DNA from: a virus
Length of the DNA stretch: 64,000 nucleotides
Reading direction: 5' to 3' (one strand)
IMG/VR virus record: IMGVR_UViG_3300024339_000012
Span: 1-64,000 of that record
Shown: in pieces, positions 32,061-41,456 of the stretch
How positions within the stretch are numbered: the first letter of the stretch is position 1
Layout of the letters: every line of letters starts with the position of its first letter
Program-made: the position numbers and the translations under genes
Notes under the pieces: model-generated
What the model was told of the DNA's origin: nothing
Database searches by the model: none
What the model saw: the letters and a program-made list of their open reading frames with translations, nothing else

Positions 32061-32545
32061 TCGATATTATAAAATACAAAGGCGATATATATCCTGAATT
32101 TCAAACAATAGGATTTGCATCACAATTTGCTATTCCTTATGCAAAGCATGTATGCAAAGGCAAGGGCGTTGACATAGGTTGTGGTAAAGAAGAATGGGCT
32201 TTTCCGGGAGCTATGATTGTAGATACTAAGATTAGCTATAATGCAATGGAATTTCCTCATTCGAATTTAGATTATATCTTTTCCTCTCATACGTTGGAAC
32301 ATTTACCTTTATGGGTAGAGGCATTAGATTACTGGACACACAAACTAAAATCAGGTGGTACATTGTTTTTGTACCTGCCCGACTATTCTCAAGAGTATTG
32401 GAGACCATGGAATAACAGAAAACACTTCAATATATTTACACCTGAAATAATTGAAGATTACATGGAAGAACATGGGTATCACAAGATATTTCGTTCATGT
32501 GTTGATCTTAACAATTCATTTATGATAATGGGAGAGAAGTTATGA
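32057..32545 (+). CDS. Class I SAM-dependent methyltransferase (Methyltransf_11-like)
   Basis: GVDIGCG, LDYIFSSHTLEH and LKSGGTLFLYLP motifs. Confidence 0.85.
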   Translation: MIDIIKYKGDIYPEFQTIGFASQFAIPYAKHVCKGKGVDIGCGKEEWAFPGAMIVDTKISYNAMEFPHSNLDYIFSSHTLEHLPLWVEALDYWTHKLKSGGTLFLYLPDYSQEYWRPWNNRKHFNIFTPEIIEDYMEEHGYHKIFRSCVDLNNSFMIMGEKL

Positions 32546-32775
32546 CAGAACAGTATAACCAAGTATGTGAGTGGCATGGGGATTTAGCAATACATCTGCT
32601 ATGGTGGCCTGTTGGGTTTGTTGATAAGCATGTTTATGATGGTATTGGCGTTCTTAATTACATGGAAAAAGAAATGAGTAGAATGTCAGGAATACCGAAG
32701 GATATGTTTGGCCCTAAGACATCAACCAGTTTATTATTACTTGATATGTCAAAAAAAGTACCCCGACTTGATTAG
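32542..32775 (+). CDS. Hypothetical protein
   Basis: ATGA overlap with the previous gene; 77 aa. Confidence 0.4.
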   Translation: MTEQYNQVCEWHGDLAIHLLWWPVGFVDKHVYDGIGVLNYMEKEMSRMSGIPKDMFGPKTSTSLLLLDMSKKVPRLD

Positions 32776-32786
32776 TCAGGGTACTT
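32756..32786. terminator. Hairpin / probable intrinsic terminator
   Basis: aagtaccccgact-tgatt-agtcagggtactt inverted repeat. Confidence 0.45.
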
Positions 32787-32802
32787 AACTTATTTTTGCA
32801 GT

Positions 32803-33060
32803 ATGACACAAGATCAATTAGATATCCTTTGCGTAAATACTCAGTCCGATATTGGAGATCAGGCAGTAGTACTGGTAAGGCTCATTAAAAATGTAGACCT
32901 AAGCGCACAAGCCTATGCAGCAAATTTCTTTGCCCTGCATGCACACATGAAATCTATTCAACATATGGACATTGATTCAGGAGACCTGACCGATGAACAA
33001 ATGTTCCTGTGCCAACAAAATATTACATGGTTGGTAAACAATGCCCAGCGTTGGCATTAA
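32803..33060 (+). CDS. Hypothetical protein with its own host-type promoter
   Basis: 85 aa; TATTTTTG at 32791-32798; last + strand gene before the convergence point. Confidence 0.55.
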   Translation: MTQDQLDILCVNTQSDIGDQAVVLVRLIKNVDLSAQAYAANFFALHAHMKSIQHMDIDSGDLTDEQMFLCQQNITWLVNNAQRWH

Positions 33061-33166
33061 TCATGTACCTGCATAATCCTTGCCGGGGCGTCAACCAATC
33101 TGTTTCGTGATTCAGCCCCATAAATTCTGCGATTCTTTTATTGTTTTCCATATTATATATTTTTAT

Positions 33167-33760
33167 CTATTTATTGTTTTCTTCCACTTTATGCATGGCG
33201 TCATTATATATTTCTTCTATTTCCTCCTTCTTTGCGTAAGGACAATCTTCTAAAGCATCTTCTAAAGTAAGGTGCTCATCAGCAAACATCGAACTTAAAT
33301 CAGATTCCCAACCTATAATATTTTCTATGTATCGCCATTCCCCATAAGAGTACTCCTCATCTTTTACTATTCCGCTTTGATTAAATGTTGTCCTACCTGC
33401 GAAATCACATCCAGGTTCTTCATACTCTATACATGCTTCAAGTTCGTACTTTTTACAAATTTCTTCGACAAGTTTAATTGGGGGGGACCAAGCAGAATCA
33501 CCAATGACTATTAATCCATTATCATTCCATTCAATTTCAAAATCAAACCATTTAGTCCCATACATATAGTAGACACCAAAGTCAGTTCCATACTTTTTTT
33601 CAAAGCCTTCGCCTCCATCAAGTTCACCTTTACCTATAACATATTCACTCCACTCCGTAAAGTATTCAGATTTGTCATAAGTTTTTAATTTCTCTTCTAA
33701 TTTGTTGAGAGCAGTTTTACTGCCATCAAACGATATCCAGTTGTAACAATAATTTGCCAT
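33167..33760 (-). CDS. DUF1281/YubB ferredoxin-like (Api92-like) protein
   Basis: MANYCYN, YGTKW, SAWSPP and YEEPGCDFAG motifs. Confidence 0.7.
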   Translation of the reverse strand: MANYCYNWISFDGSKTALNKLEEKLKTYDKSEYFTEWSEYVIGKGELDGGEGFEKKYGTDFGVYYMYGTKWFDFEIEWNDNGLIVIGDSAWSPPIKLVEEICKKYELEACIEYEEPGCDFAGRTTFNQSGIVKDEEYSYGEWRYIENIIGWESDLSSMFADEHLTLEDALEDCPYAKKEEIEEIYNDAMHKVEENNK

Positions 33761-33799
33761 ACTATATAGTTTTATTATATTCGTTTTTAATTCTTTTAG

Positions 33800-33976
33800 T
33801 TATTCACTTGTTATCAGTAGTACTTCTCCTTCTGGATATCCACTACTTCCTTTTCTATACTCTTCAACTTCAACAACCCAATAATTAGTCGGATCATCGC
33901 TGCCGCTCATGACTGTGTTTACTTCACTATCAGGGTCACAAAACTGTAACTCGTGTATTAATTCTTGTACTGTCAT
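33800..33976 (-). CDS. Small hypothetical protein (58 aa, not in ORF track)
   Basis: Hand translation MTVQELIHELQFCDPDSEV...LLITSE*; common small-phage-gene N-terminus. Confidence 0.6.
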   Translation of the reverse strand: MTVQELIHELQFCDPDSEVNTVMSGSDDPTNYWVVEVEEYRKGSSGYPEGEVLLITSE

Positions 33977-34009
33977 AATGCTTAGTTTAAATTTTTAAGT
34001 CTATTTTGT

Positions 34010-34279
34010 TTAATCAAAATGTGAATACAACCCTTGTAAGAAATTAGGAACAGAGTTGTGTTGTTCAATTCCATCTTCATCGCCTGAATGTTCAACCATA
34101 GAGGTGCCACCGACTTTTAGGGTAACTGTTATGGTTTTATCTCTACGAACTATTGAATCTATACCAATAGAGGCATATCCTTCCCAACAGAAAGCATCTT
34201 CAATTCTGAGTTCTTCGTCGACTGACTTTATAAACTCTTCATTCACTGTTAATTTTTTCATATCTCTTAATTTATGCAA
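34010..34279 (-). CDS. Hypothetical protein
   Basis: ORF in the - strand small-gene run; start uncertain. Confidence 0.4.
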   Translation of the reverse strand: MHKLRDMKKLTVNEEFIKSVDEELRIEDAFCWEGYASIGIDSIVRRDKTITVTLKVGGTSMVEHSGDEDGIEQHNSVPNFLQGLYSHFD

Positions 34280-34482
34280 ACTGAATTAATTGGTTGGTCA
34301 TCTTGTAAGTCATCTGTACTGAAATCATCATTCTCATCCAAATGTCCTTTTGTTGGTGTAAACAGAACTTTGTTGTAGGAGTTTCCTTCATCGTCTGAAC
34401 TTGAAACAACTTCCATTTCTTTACACTCAGGATTTTTGTTCAGGAAATCATTAAGTGTTGCTACGTAATCTATAAATTTCAT
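34267..34482 (-). CDS. Hypothetical protein
   Basis: SSDDEGNSY..VCIN motif typical of small phage proteins. Confidence 0.6.
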   Translation of the reverse strand: MKFIDYVATLNDFLNKNPECKEMEVVSSSDDEGNSYNKVLFTPTKGHLDENDDFSTDDLQDDQPINSVCIN

Positions 34483-34733
34483 TATTCTATGGGTTTAGTA
34501 GGCTTAATAGCCTGTAAGTAATCATCATAACCTATTCGTATTCCATCGTACTTTATAAAGCTACATCTTCCAATGTGAGCCCAATAAATAGAGTCTTTCC
34601 AATGCTGATATTTTACTAATTCTGTAATACTATCAGTTAGGATTGTGTTCTTTGATTGCTCGTCATGTACCTGTCTTACAGATACAACACATACAGCAAC
34701 CAATAATGCAATTATTACTACCGATACTTTCAT
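34482..34733 (-). CDS. Hypothetical membrane-anchored protein
   Basis: N-terminal hydrophobic helix; translationally coupled to the next gene. Confidence 0.5.
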   Translation of the reverse strand: MKVSVVIIALLVAVCVVSVRQVHDEQSKNTILTDSITELVKYQHWKDSIYWAHIGRCSFIKYDGIRIGYDDYLQAIKPTKPIE

Positions 34734-34807
34734 AAATAATAAGTGTTAGTTAAAAACAAAAAGCCCCATAACTTTCGTTATGAGGCTCACAGATGAAATA
34801 TTCCCTA

Positions 34808-35293
34808 TTATTTAATAGGCTCTTTTTGTTCAGGCAATGGATTGCTGAACAGTATGTTTTGGTTTACTCCAAGTATATCCTGCCAATGAATTATGGCAAA
34901 GATAGTTTGTTCTTCTCCAAATTTTATAGGTTCCCAGTTAGGTGACAGCGTTATTTCATCGCCAAGCTGTAGTTCATCCTCTTCTGAAAATTCTGCAATT
35001 TGCTTTTCATTCTTAACGTATTCCGGAATAAGGTTTACTTTGTTCATCCTGAGCTGTTCATTAACTTCAGGAGCCATTGCTACAACAAAGTATCTGTTAC
35101 CGGCATCAGGATTTTCAGTTGCACGGTTGTCCATATTCTTTTCTATGGCAAGATCTTTAGGTATGAGTATATCAACGCCTTTAGCCTTAGTATATCTATC
35201 ATCCCTCATTATATTCAGGACTATACGACCGTTAACAGGTCTTAGTCGTGGTGACTGTAATTTAAAATCATCTTTTTTTTCTGATTCTTCCAT
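34808..35293 (-). CDS. groES: Co-chaperonin GroES-like protein
   Basis: LRPVNGRIVL..GVDILIP..VVAMAP..LQLGDEI..IIHWQDILGV matches the GroES fold with insertions. Confidence 0.65.
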   Translation of the reverse strand: MEESEKKDDFKLQSPRLRPVNGRIVLNIMRDDRYTKAKGVDILIPKDLAIEKNMDNRATENPDAGNRYFVVAMAPEVNEQLRMNKVNLIPEYVKNEKQIAEFSEEDELQLGDEITLSPNWEPIKFGEEQTIFAIIHWQDILGVNQNILFSNPLPEQKEPIK

Positions 35294-35296
35294 TGG

Positions 35297-36142
35297 TTAA
35301 GTTTTAAAATTGATTTCGTATAACTTTCTAATCTTTGGATCGTTCATGGCAATAAATTCTCCAATACGACCGTTGACAAATTTAATAGTATTTGTGAGGT
35401 TTTCTTCCTCGATGCTGATATTCTTTATTTGTAGCCATTCCCTTATATGATCTGACAGGTCTTTCCAGTCATATCGTTCAGTAATCAGATCTCGCATACT
35501 CTCAAAGAATATCTGTTGTAGCAGGGCCTGTATTTGTGTAAAGTGACCATTGCCAAAGAATCCTTTGTCAGCTGACAATGGTGAGGGGTGTACACCTGTA
35601 AGAACAAAGTGTTTAAATGAATCTATTTCACATTCAAGGTTTTTAGCATTGTTTCCCCATAGAACGAATATTACACGTCTGGGATACTTTTCAGAAATTT
35701 CATGAATAACCTTGGTAGTAAAGTACTCCCAGCCTTTGTCTTTATGGCTATTACTTGCACCCTCGACAACGGTAAGCACTCTATTCAAAAGCAGTACTCC
35801 CTGTTCTGCCCATGGCGTAAGATCATTACTCTTAAATAAATCGTGTTTTCCACCATACAGTTGAGCAGAGATCTCTTTAAATATGTTTCCTAATGATTTG
35901 GGTGTCTTAGGTGATTTTGAGCTAAATGACAGCCCATGTGCATCCTTTGAATTTGGATAGGGGTCTTGGCCTATTATGACAACTTTAAGTTTGTCATATG
36001 GACATAGCTTAAAAGCATTGAGTACTTCCTCTTTTTTCGGTAGTACTTCTTTGTATTTACGTTCATAATTTACAAACGCTCTAAGGTCAGCCATCTTTGG
36101 CTCTTTCAGTATCGGGCTAATTATATGATCCCAGTCTTTCAT
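35297..36142 (-). CDS. ung: Uracil-DNA glycosylase, family 1
   Basis: GQDPYP, AHGLSFS, WAEQGVLLLN, VLWG and HPSPLS motifs. Confidence 0.95.
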   Translation of the reverse strand: MKDWDHIISPILKEPKMADLRAFVNYERKYKEVLPKKEEVLNAFKLCPYDKLKVVIIGQDPYPNSKDAHGLSFSSKSPKTPKSLGNIFKEISAQLYGGKHDLFKSNDLTPWAEQGVLLLNRVLTVVEGASNSHKDKGWEYFTTKVIHEISEKYPRRVIFVLWGNNAKNLECEIDSFKHFVLTGVHPSPLSADKGFFGNGHFTQIQALLQQIFFESMRDLITERYDWKDLSDHIREWLQIKNISIEEENLTNTIKFVNGRIGEFIAMNDPKIRKLYEINFKT

Positions 36143-36333
36143 ACGAATAGTCTTTGTCGTGATTCTGTATTATCGAGTTCGTTTCTGAGAAAACTGACAC
36201 TCTTATTTTTACTGAATACTCTACTGAAAGTATGTATCATTTTCACAGTACACATTAGTTGTGTATATGTTTTACATGATTCTATACATTTCTCTATCTT
36301 GTCGAAATGCACATAAATGTTAGGATTTGTCAT
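36139..36333 (-). CDS. Hypothetical protein
   Basis: Overlap-coupled small ORF. Confidence 0.5.
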   Translation of the reverse strand: MTNPNIYVHFDKIEKCIESCKTYTQLMCTVKMIHTFSRVFSKNKSVSFLRNELDNTESRQRLFV

Positions 36334-36647
36334 AAGTTCAGATTTTCAATTGCATTAAGCAACCCTAATTCAAATGTGCCGTCCTTTCTTGTAAATTCTC
36401 TGATTTCTCCTACAAGATTATTTGCGATTTCTCCGAATCCTGCTAATTGTTCATCTTTAGCATCACAATCACTTATCATATGATTAGTGCGTTTCTGATA
36501 TTCTGCTATTCTATATATTTCAATAGCTTGATTCATTGTAACATTTGATGATTTCATCAAATCTTCACATACCATTGTTATCTCTTCAAGATATGGTAAT
36601 GTCATGAAATTGTTTTTTCTTTGTGATTGATCAAATAGTGTTCCCAT
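36330..36647 (-). CDS. Hypothetical protein
   Basis: MGTLFDQ..DAKDEQLAGFGE; overlap-coupled. Confidence 0.55.
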   Translation of the reverse strand: MGTLFDQSQRKNNFMTLPYLEEITMVCEDLMKSSNVTMNQAIEIYRIAEYQKRTNHMISDCDAKDEQLAGFGEIANNLVGEIREFTRKDGTFELGLLNAIENLNL

Positions 36648-37107
36648 CGTTTTTATTTTTAATTTGTAAATTAACTCCGTATTTGTAATGATCAGGTGGT
36701 AACGGGTGTATATCCTTTTCTGCTAAGAAATTCAATACATCCTCAATATAAACAGCCATCTGACCAACGCTGTACTGTTTAAGATCATCAACATATCTTA
36801 AGATGTTTTCTGATCCATCCGGAAATACAACAACCTTGGTATTTGTTCTCAAATGAGCAACAATAGCCTGGTGTATTTCATCGTATGTCCAACCAGCAAA
36901 TGCTGTTGATTTCATACATGTACCCTTGATAATACCTCCGAAATAATATGCCCATTGATATTTAGTTACAGGCTCATGCTCAAGCTCAAGAGAAACATCC
37001 ACACGCTTACCCTCAAGTGACTTTAACTTGCCAGAATATAGTTTCGGATAATCATAAACTATTATACCATTCCTTACAGTTCCTTTATGTAGTACAGTAA
37101 CATCCAT
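36631..37107 (-). CDS. NinB/YbcN-like recombination accessory protein
   Basis: QWAYYFGGII..DEIH..MAVYIEDV..AEKDIHPLPP pattern. Confidence 0.5.
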   Translation of the reverse strand: MDVTVLHKGTVRNGIIVYDYPKLYSGKLKSLEGKRVDVSLELEHEPVTKYQWAYYFGGIIKGTCMKSTAFAGWTYDEIHQAIVAHLRTNTKVVVFPDGSENILRYVDDLKQYSVGQMAVYIEDVLNFLAEKDIHPLPPDHYKYGVNLQIKNKNDGNTI

Positions 37108-37161
37108 TTCGTTATATTAAAAAGTTAAGGAAGGAAATAACTCCCTCCTTAACTCTAATGA

Positions 37162-37812
37162 CTAAAAATCGTCTTCTGCAATTTCCATGTCTGGATTAGC
37201 GTTCGTAGTTGCAGCTGGTGCATCACTCTTTGGCTGTGCTTCTTTTCTTTCAATGGTAGGTTCTGGTTCTGCAGGTGCTCCTGCAGGTGGTCTTTTATCA
37301 TCAGTTCTTTTGTAAAAGTCTCCTGACGGTACTCCTCCACTTTGTTTCAAAGAAGGATCTCCAATTATTGCAGGTGGTGTATCTCCATCGGAAAAGAACT
37401 TCTTAGCAAGAAAGCTATATTCTTTACCTGTAGGTTTGCCATTCCAATAATGTACATCAAGACCAACGATTCCCCAACATTTAGCTTTTGCAAGCTGTTC
37501 TTTAGAAACTTCACCTTCAGGAAAGCCTAATGCTTTCTTCATATTGGTTAACAGGAATTCGCTTTTACAACGAATATTGTCATCTTTCCTGCCAGGATCT
37601 CCAATTGGTAGAGTTGAGTAATAGAATCCGCCGTTTATGGTTTCTTTATTGACATTAATAAATGTTATATCCAATCCGGGGTTTCCATTTTTATCCTTTA
37701 ATTCTTTTCCACTCTTATCCACAAAGGGTTTAATAGATAAGATTTTCATTCTGTGCAATCCGGGGCTCATTATGCCTCCAGTTGACTTTTCAGTTGCTGG
37801 TAATCCACTCAT
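37162..37812 (-). CDS. Putative single-stranded DNA-binding protein
   Basis: PGLHRMKI N-terminal strand and acidic C-terminal tail (EDDF); adjacent to the Sak4-like ATPase. Confidence 0.55.
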   Translation of the reverse strand: MSGLPATEKSTGGIMSPGLHRMKILSIKPFVDKSGKELKDKNGNPGLDITFINVNKETINGGFYYSTLPIGDPGRKDDNIRCKSEFLLTNMKKALGFPEGEVSKEQLAKAKCWGIVGLDVHYWNGKPTGKEYSFLAKKFFSDGDTPPAIIGDPSLKQSGGVPSGDFYKRTDDKRPPAGAPAEPEPTIERKEAQPKSDAPAATTNANPDMEIAEDDF

Positions 37813-37829
37813 AAGTGTAAGTATTAGTA

Positions 37830-38567
37830 TTAGTTATAAAATTCTTCAAATTTAGCAAAAACCTCAACCAAATCATTAGGAATGAATTGATCATCAAACA
37901 TTCCAAGAGGTGATTTAGCCTGTGTGCCATTTCCTTTTTGTGTACGGAAAACATATTTGTTTCCTTGATCAGATTCCTGAACTTCTGCCCAGAATACTGT
38001 TGTGAATAATCCTTCAGGAGTAATTGCCTCTCTGGTAAACTGTCCTGATGGTATTTTAAATTCACGAGTAGGAGTTGTATCATTAGTACTCTTACTTTGA
38101 GTAACATCTTCATGTGACATGATAACAACGATGAAGTCATTACGCAGTTTCTTAATGGTATCAACGAGATCTTTAAACTCTTTTGCAAACTTCTTATATT
38201 TGCTCCAGTTGTCATCCTCAAGCACGTCAAGAACACTTCTCAGCATTGCGTAAGTAAATGTATCAATGATGACATAATCAATCGGACGTGCCTTTATTTG
38301 GTTTTCAGGCATATTGTGGATATCGATCAGAATCTTTTTTATTTCAGGAATGTAATCTTCCGGAATATAATTAGACTTCAATGAATACTTAGAAGTTCCT
38401 TCTTTAACTTCCTTTTTGTAAAGAGTTCTGAAATTCTTTGCAAATCCACGAAAAGGTAGTTCCTTGTCTTCAGGTACAATCCATATGCCCCTTTCGGGAT
38501 CAAGGTTTCTCCCGCTTGTTGTTTTGCCACTACCCGAAGGTGCAACAACTAAAATTGCTCTCGCCAT
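37830..38567 (-). CDS. AAA_24 / Sak4-like ATPase (recombination)
   Basis: Walker A APSGSGKT, VIIDT, MSHE and AKSPLGMF..IPNDL. Confidence 0.8.
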   Translation of the reverse strand: MARAILVVAPSGSGKTTSGRNLDPERGIWIVPEDKELPFRGFAKNFRTLYKKEVKEGTSKYSLKSNYIPEDYIPEIKKILIDIHNMPENQIKARPIDYVIIDTFTYAMLRSVLDVLEDDNWSKYKKFAKEFKDLVDTIKKLRNDFIVVIMSHEDVTQSKSTNDTTPTREFKIPSGQFTREAITPEGLFTTVFWAEVQESDQGNKYVFRTQKGNGTQAKSPLGMFDDQFIPNDLVEVFAKFEEFYN

Positions 38568-38606
38568 CTTTTATGATTTTAATTAAAATATTTAGTAAAA
38601 AAATAA

Positions 38607-38942
38607 TCACTTCAATTTCATTTTGTATTTCTCTATTAAGTTTTTGTATGCATTTTTATTCTCAAACTTGCGCCTGATCTTATACCTTAGCTTTTCGTTA
38701 TACACTTTTTTGTGGAAATAGAATTTCCCAAATCCATATATACTTATTTCTATGCCCAACTTAATGAAGTATTTAATCCCATACTTTCCAAAGAATGCAT
38801 CTACATACTGCTTTACCTTTACTGGTGGTAAATTCATATCAGATGCTATTCTCTGGATAGCCTTGAAATTACTTGTAGGTTCTTTAGAATAGTGTGATAT
38901 CCTCTGATTCCTGAAAACTTTCTTTTTGTTCATTTTTCGCAA
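38607..38942 (-). CDS. HU/IHF-like DNA-binding protein
   Basis: Basic protein with IASDMNL..V..EISIYGFGKF motif. Confidence 0.55.
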   Translation of the reverse strand: MRKMNKKKVFRNQRISHYSKEPTSNFKAIQRIASDMNLPPVKVKQYVDAFFGKYGIKYFIKLGIEISIYGFGKFYFHKKVYNEKLRYKIRRKFENKNAYKNLIEKYKMKLK

Positions 38943-40752
38943 TTAATATTGGATCGGTTTCATTGTAATTCAAGAAGTGATGATCACGACCTCTGAAACG
39001 TAATAATACTGGATATTCCTTTCTTGTCTTAACTCCAATTAGCTTAGGTGTTTTAACTTTCTGGACATGAACTTCACTTATAACTTCCTCTTTATTTTCA
39101 TCTTTCAAATGAACACAAAGGATCTCATAAAACTTCTTATTCCATACTGCACCACCAGTAATCTGAAACACTGATGGAGCTGATGGATTCTTTCTATCCT
39201 CACCTTGAGGTGTTGGGGGATGCACTACAATAACTTTAATGATATTGTGAGTAGTACAGAATCTCTGTTCGGCTGATAATTCATTTTCAAGATACTGATC
39301 TAATGAGCCAGTATATCTATGATTTAATGCGTTCCAAGGGTCTGTAACAAAACCTATAATACCACGTTGACGTATCATTCTCCTTGCTACCTGACGTAAT
39401 TCTTCAGGTGTATATCCCTCTTCACGATCAATAAATTCGAAATGCTCAGATATAAACTTCTTAGCAATAGCCATGTCCTTTTCAGTAGCACGCCCATTAA
39501 CATCTAAATCTATGGTGTTACCAATATAAATTTCAATGAATATTATGTAAGCATCTTCTACGGGATAGTTCTCTGGTAGGTAACATCCGAATTTATAACC
39601 ATATTTTATAGCGGCTAATATTAACAGATTAAACATGAATGTACTCTTACCCATATTACCATAACCATTGAATCCTACTAAGTGGCCAGTCTTCCATCGG
39701 AAATGAGCCTCAAGATCTCTTACACCTGTAGGCTTACCCTTTTTCAATCCATAAGTATATTGTTCATTGATTTTATCGCTAACATCATCAATAGTAACTA
39801 CATCATCCAAAGGAAAGCTTTCAGCTCTGTCAAATGCTTCCTGTAATGCTTCAGGACCGATATGCCAAAGCACATCATTACCATCATTGCAGACAATCAT
39901 TTTACCCTTCTTATCTTCATAAGTGTAATTATGGAACTTGATTATCCTGCATTTGTCATAGCCAAAACGTCTGCCTATTTCATTACGCAGTTTAATGCCA
40001 GCGCCATCATTGTCAGTTGCAATGTAAATGATCTCAACCTCTTCAAAATACTGATATGTATGATCAAAGTAGGATAGTGCTAAGTGATTACCTGAGTCAA
40101 CTTTACCAGTCTTTACATAATACTCATTTTCCTCAACAGATATTGACGATCCATTAGGAACACTGCAGGAATGTACTATTCCTATTTCATGGAATGATAG
40201 TGTGTCAATTTCTCCTTCAGTAATAACACAATAGTTCTTGTTATTGCGTACCCAGTCAATACCCCATGGTATAAGTTTACTACCTTTCTCAATCTTAAAA
40301 TTCTTCTGACCATCACGATATTTAATCATGGTTAGCCAGCCATTTTCACGATACGAGAATGCTATACAGGGCTTCTCTACAAATGTATTGTTATGCTTTT
40401 GCCTGATAGATACTGTGGCATTACGAACTTCTCTTGAATCAAGCGTTTGGTTACTGATACCACGCTTATTAAAGTATTCACGTTGCTTGTCAGTAAGGTC
40501 TTGTAAGTGTTTTTTCTCGATTATAGGTTTGTTCTTAACCCAGTCTTTAGGAGTAAGTCCACCAGTATGACCACAATGCTGACAATACCACGTTCCTTTA
40601 ACAACGTTTACAGCAAGTTTCTTCTGACCTTTCTTCTTACGGTGAGGTTCACACTTAGGACATATAACATACGCTTCGTCCTGTTCGTTTACTTTTGCCT
40701 CTACAACTCCTACAATACTAAATTCCTGATAATTATTTGCGAATTCTGTCAT
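38884..40752 (-). CDS. T7 gp4/Twinkle-type primase-helicase
   Basis: Zn finger CPKC..CQHC, TOPRIM TEGEID and ATDND, Walker A GYGNMGKS, DPWN, HVQKVK. Confidence 0.9.
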   Translation of the reverse strand: MTEFANNYQEFSIVGVVEAKVNEQDEAYVICPKCEPHRKKKGQKKLAVNVVKGTWYCQHCGHTGGLTPKDWVKNKPIIEKKHLQDLTDKQREYFNKRGISNQTLDSREVRNATVSIRQKHNNTFVEKPCIAFSYRENGWLTMIKYRDGQKNFKIEKGSKLIPWGIDWVRNNKNYCVITEGEIDTLSFHEIGIVHSCSVPNGSSISVEENEYYVKTGKVDSGNHLALSYFDHTYQYFEEVEIIYIATDNDGAGIKLRNEIGRRFGYDKCRIIKFHNYTYEDKKGKMIVCNDGNDVLWHIGPEALQEAFDRAESFPLDDVVTIDDVSDKINEQYTYGLKKGKPTGVRDLEAHFRWKTGHLVGFNGYGNMGKSTFMFNLLILAAIKYGYKFGCYLPENYPVEDAYIIFIEIYIGNTIDLDVNGRATEKDMAIAKKFISEHFEFIDREEGYTPEELRQVARRMIRQRGIIGFVTDPWNALNHRYTGSLDQYLENELSAEQRFCTTHNIIKVIVVHPPTPQGEDRKNPSAPSVFQITGGAVWNKKFYEILCVHLKDENKEEVISEVHVQKVKTPKLIGVKTRKEYPVLLRFRGRDHHFLNYNETDPILIAKNEQKESFQESEDITLF

Positions 40753-40755
40753 TGG

Positions 40756-41421
40756 TTATTCAAATTTCTTGTCAACATCATCTCTACTGGTAATAGTGTT
40801 GGCACTTTCTTGTTGCTTGTCGCCACCACTTTCTTTTACAATCGCCTCTTCTAAGTATTCCGTCCAGTTTTCGGAAAACCGTTGTGTTTCAAGATTAAGA
40901 AAAGTCGTTATATTCATTATGCTCCTGAAACCGGTACTTGGATGGTTCAGGTATTTAAAGTAAGCCTCTTTCTGATCATTTATGTACTGTGATCCTACTC
41001 TGGCCACCACTTTATTATAGAGTTCTTTTCCAGCTTTTTTACTGCCATGCCATTTCCTGTCACCACGTTTTTGCCAAAAGAATTCATAGTCATCGTCAAG
41101 CTCTATTTTGTGAGCTTTCTGATATCGCTTGCTAACAAAGAATTTATCTTCTCCATCAACAACTTTAACCTCGTACAGTCCTTTACTTTTAAGACTGCTG
41201 AGTATGGGTCTTACTTCATCAACTTTCATTGCAATCCACCTCAAAAGCCTACCTTCAGTAAACTCTTTATTCTGAATGGATAATCTGTGAATTAAGTCAA
41301 TGACAACATATTCATCATTAGACAATTTTAGTCGGTGTCTAACCTTATGATTTATCACGGATTTACCATGTATGCCTCTTGTTGTGGAGAGGAACTTTTC
41401 AAACATATTACCTGTAGTCAT
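40756..41421 (-). CDS. Putative replication initiator (wHTH plus C-terminal domain)
   Basis: N-terminal wHTH-like region; EFFW..GSKKAG..TTFLN..F pattern seen in lambda O/DnaD-like phage initiators; upstream of the primase-helicase. Confidence 0.5.
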   Translation of the reverse strand: MTTGNMFEKFLSTTRGIHGKSVINHKVRHRLKLSNDEYVVIDLIHRLSIQNKEFTEGRLLRWIAMKVDEVRPILSSLKSKGLYEVKVVDGEDKFFVSKRYQKAHKIELDDDYEFFWQKRGDRKWHGSKKAGKELYNKVVARVGSQYINDQKEAYFKYLNHPSTGFRSIMNITTFLNLETQRFSENWTEYLEEAIVKESGGDKQQESANTITSRDDVDKKFE

Positions 41422-41456
41422 TGTTATGAGATTAGGGATAAAAATAATGATATTCG

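Noticed and set aside
31425-32545. DNA methyltransferases / restriction-modification
   Set aside because: They lack DPPY/NPPY or PC motifs and resemble small-molecule or glycan methyltransferases next to a glycosyltransferase.
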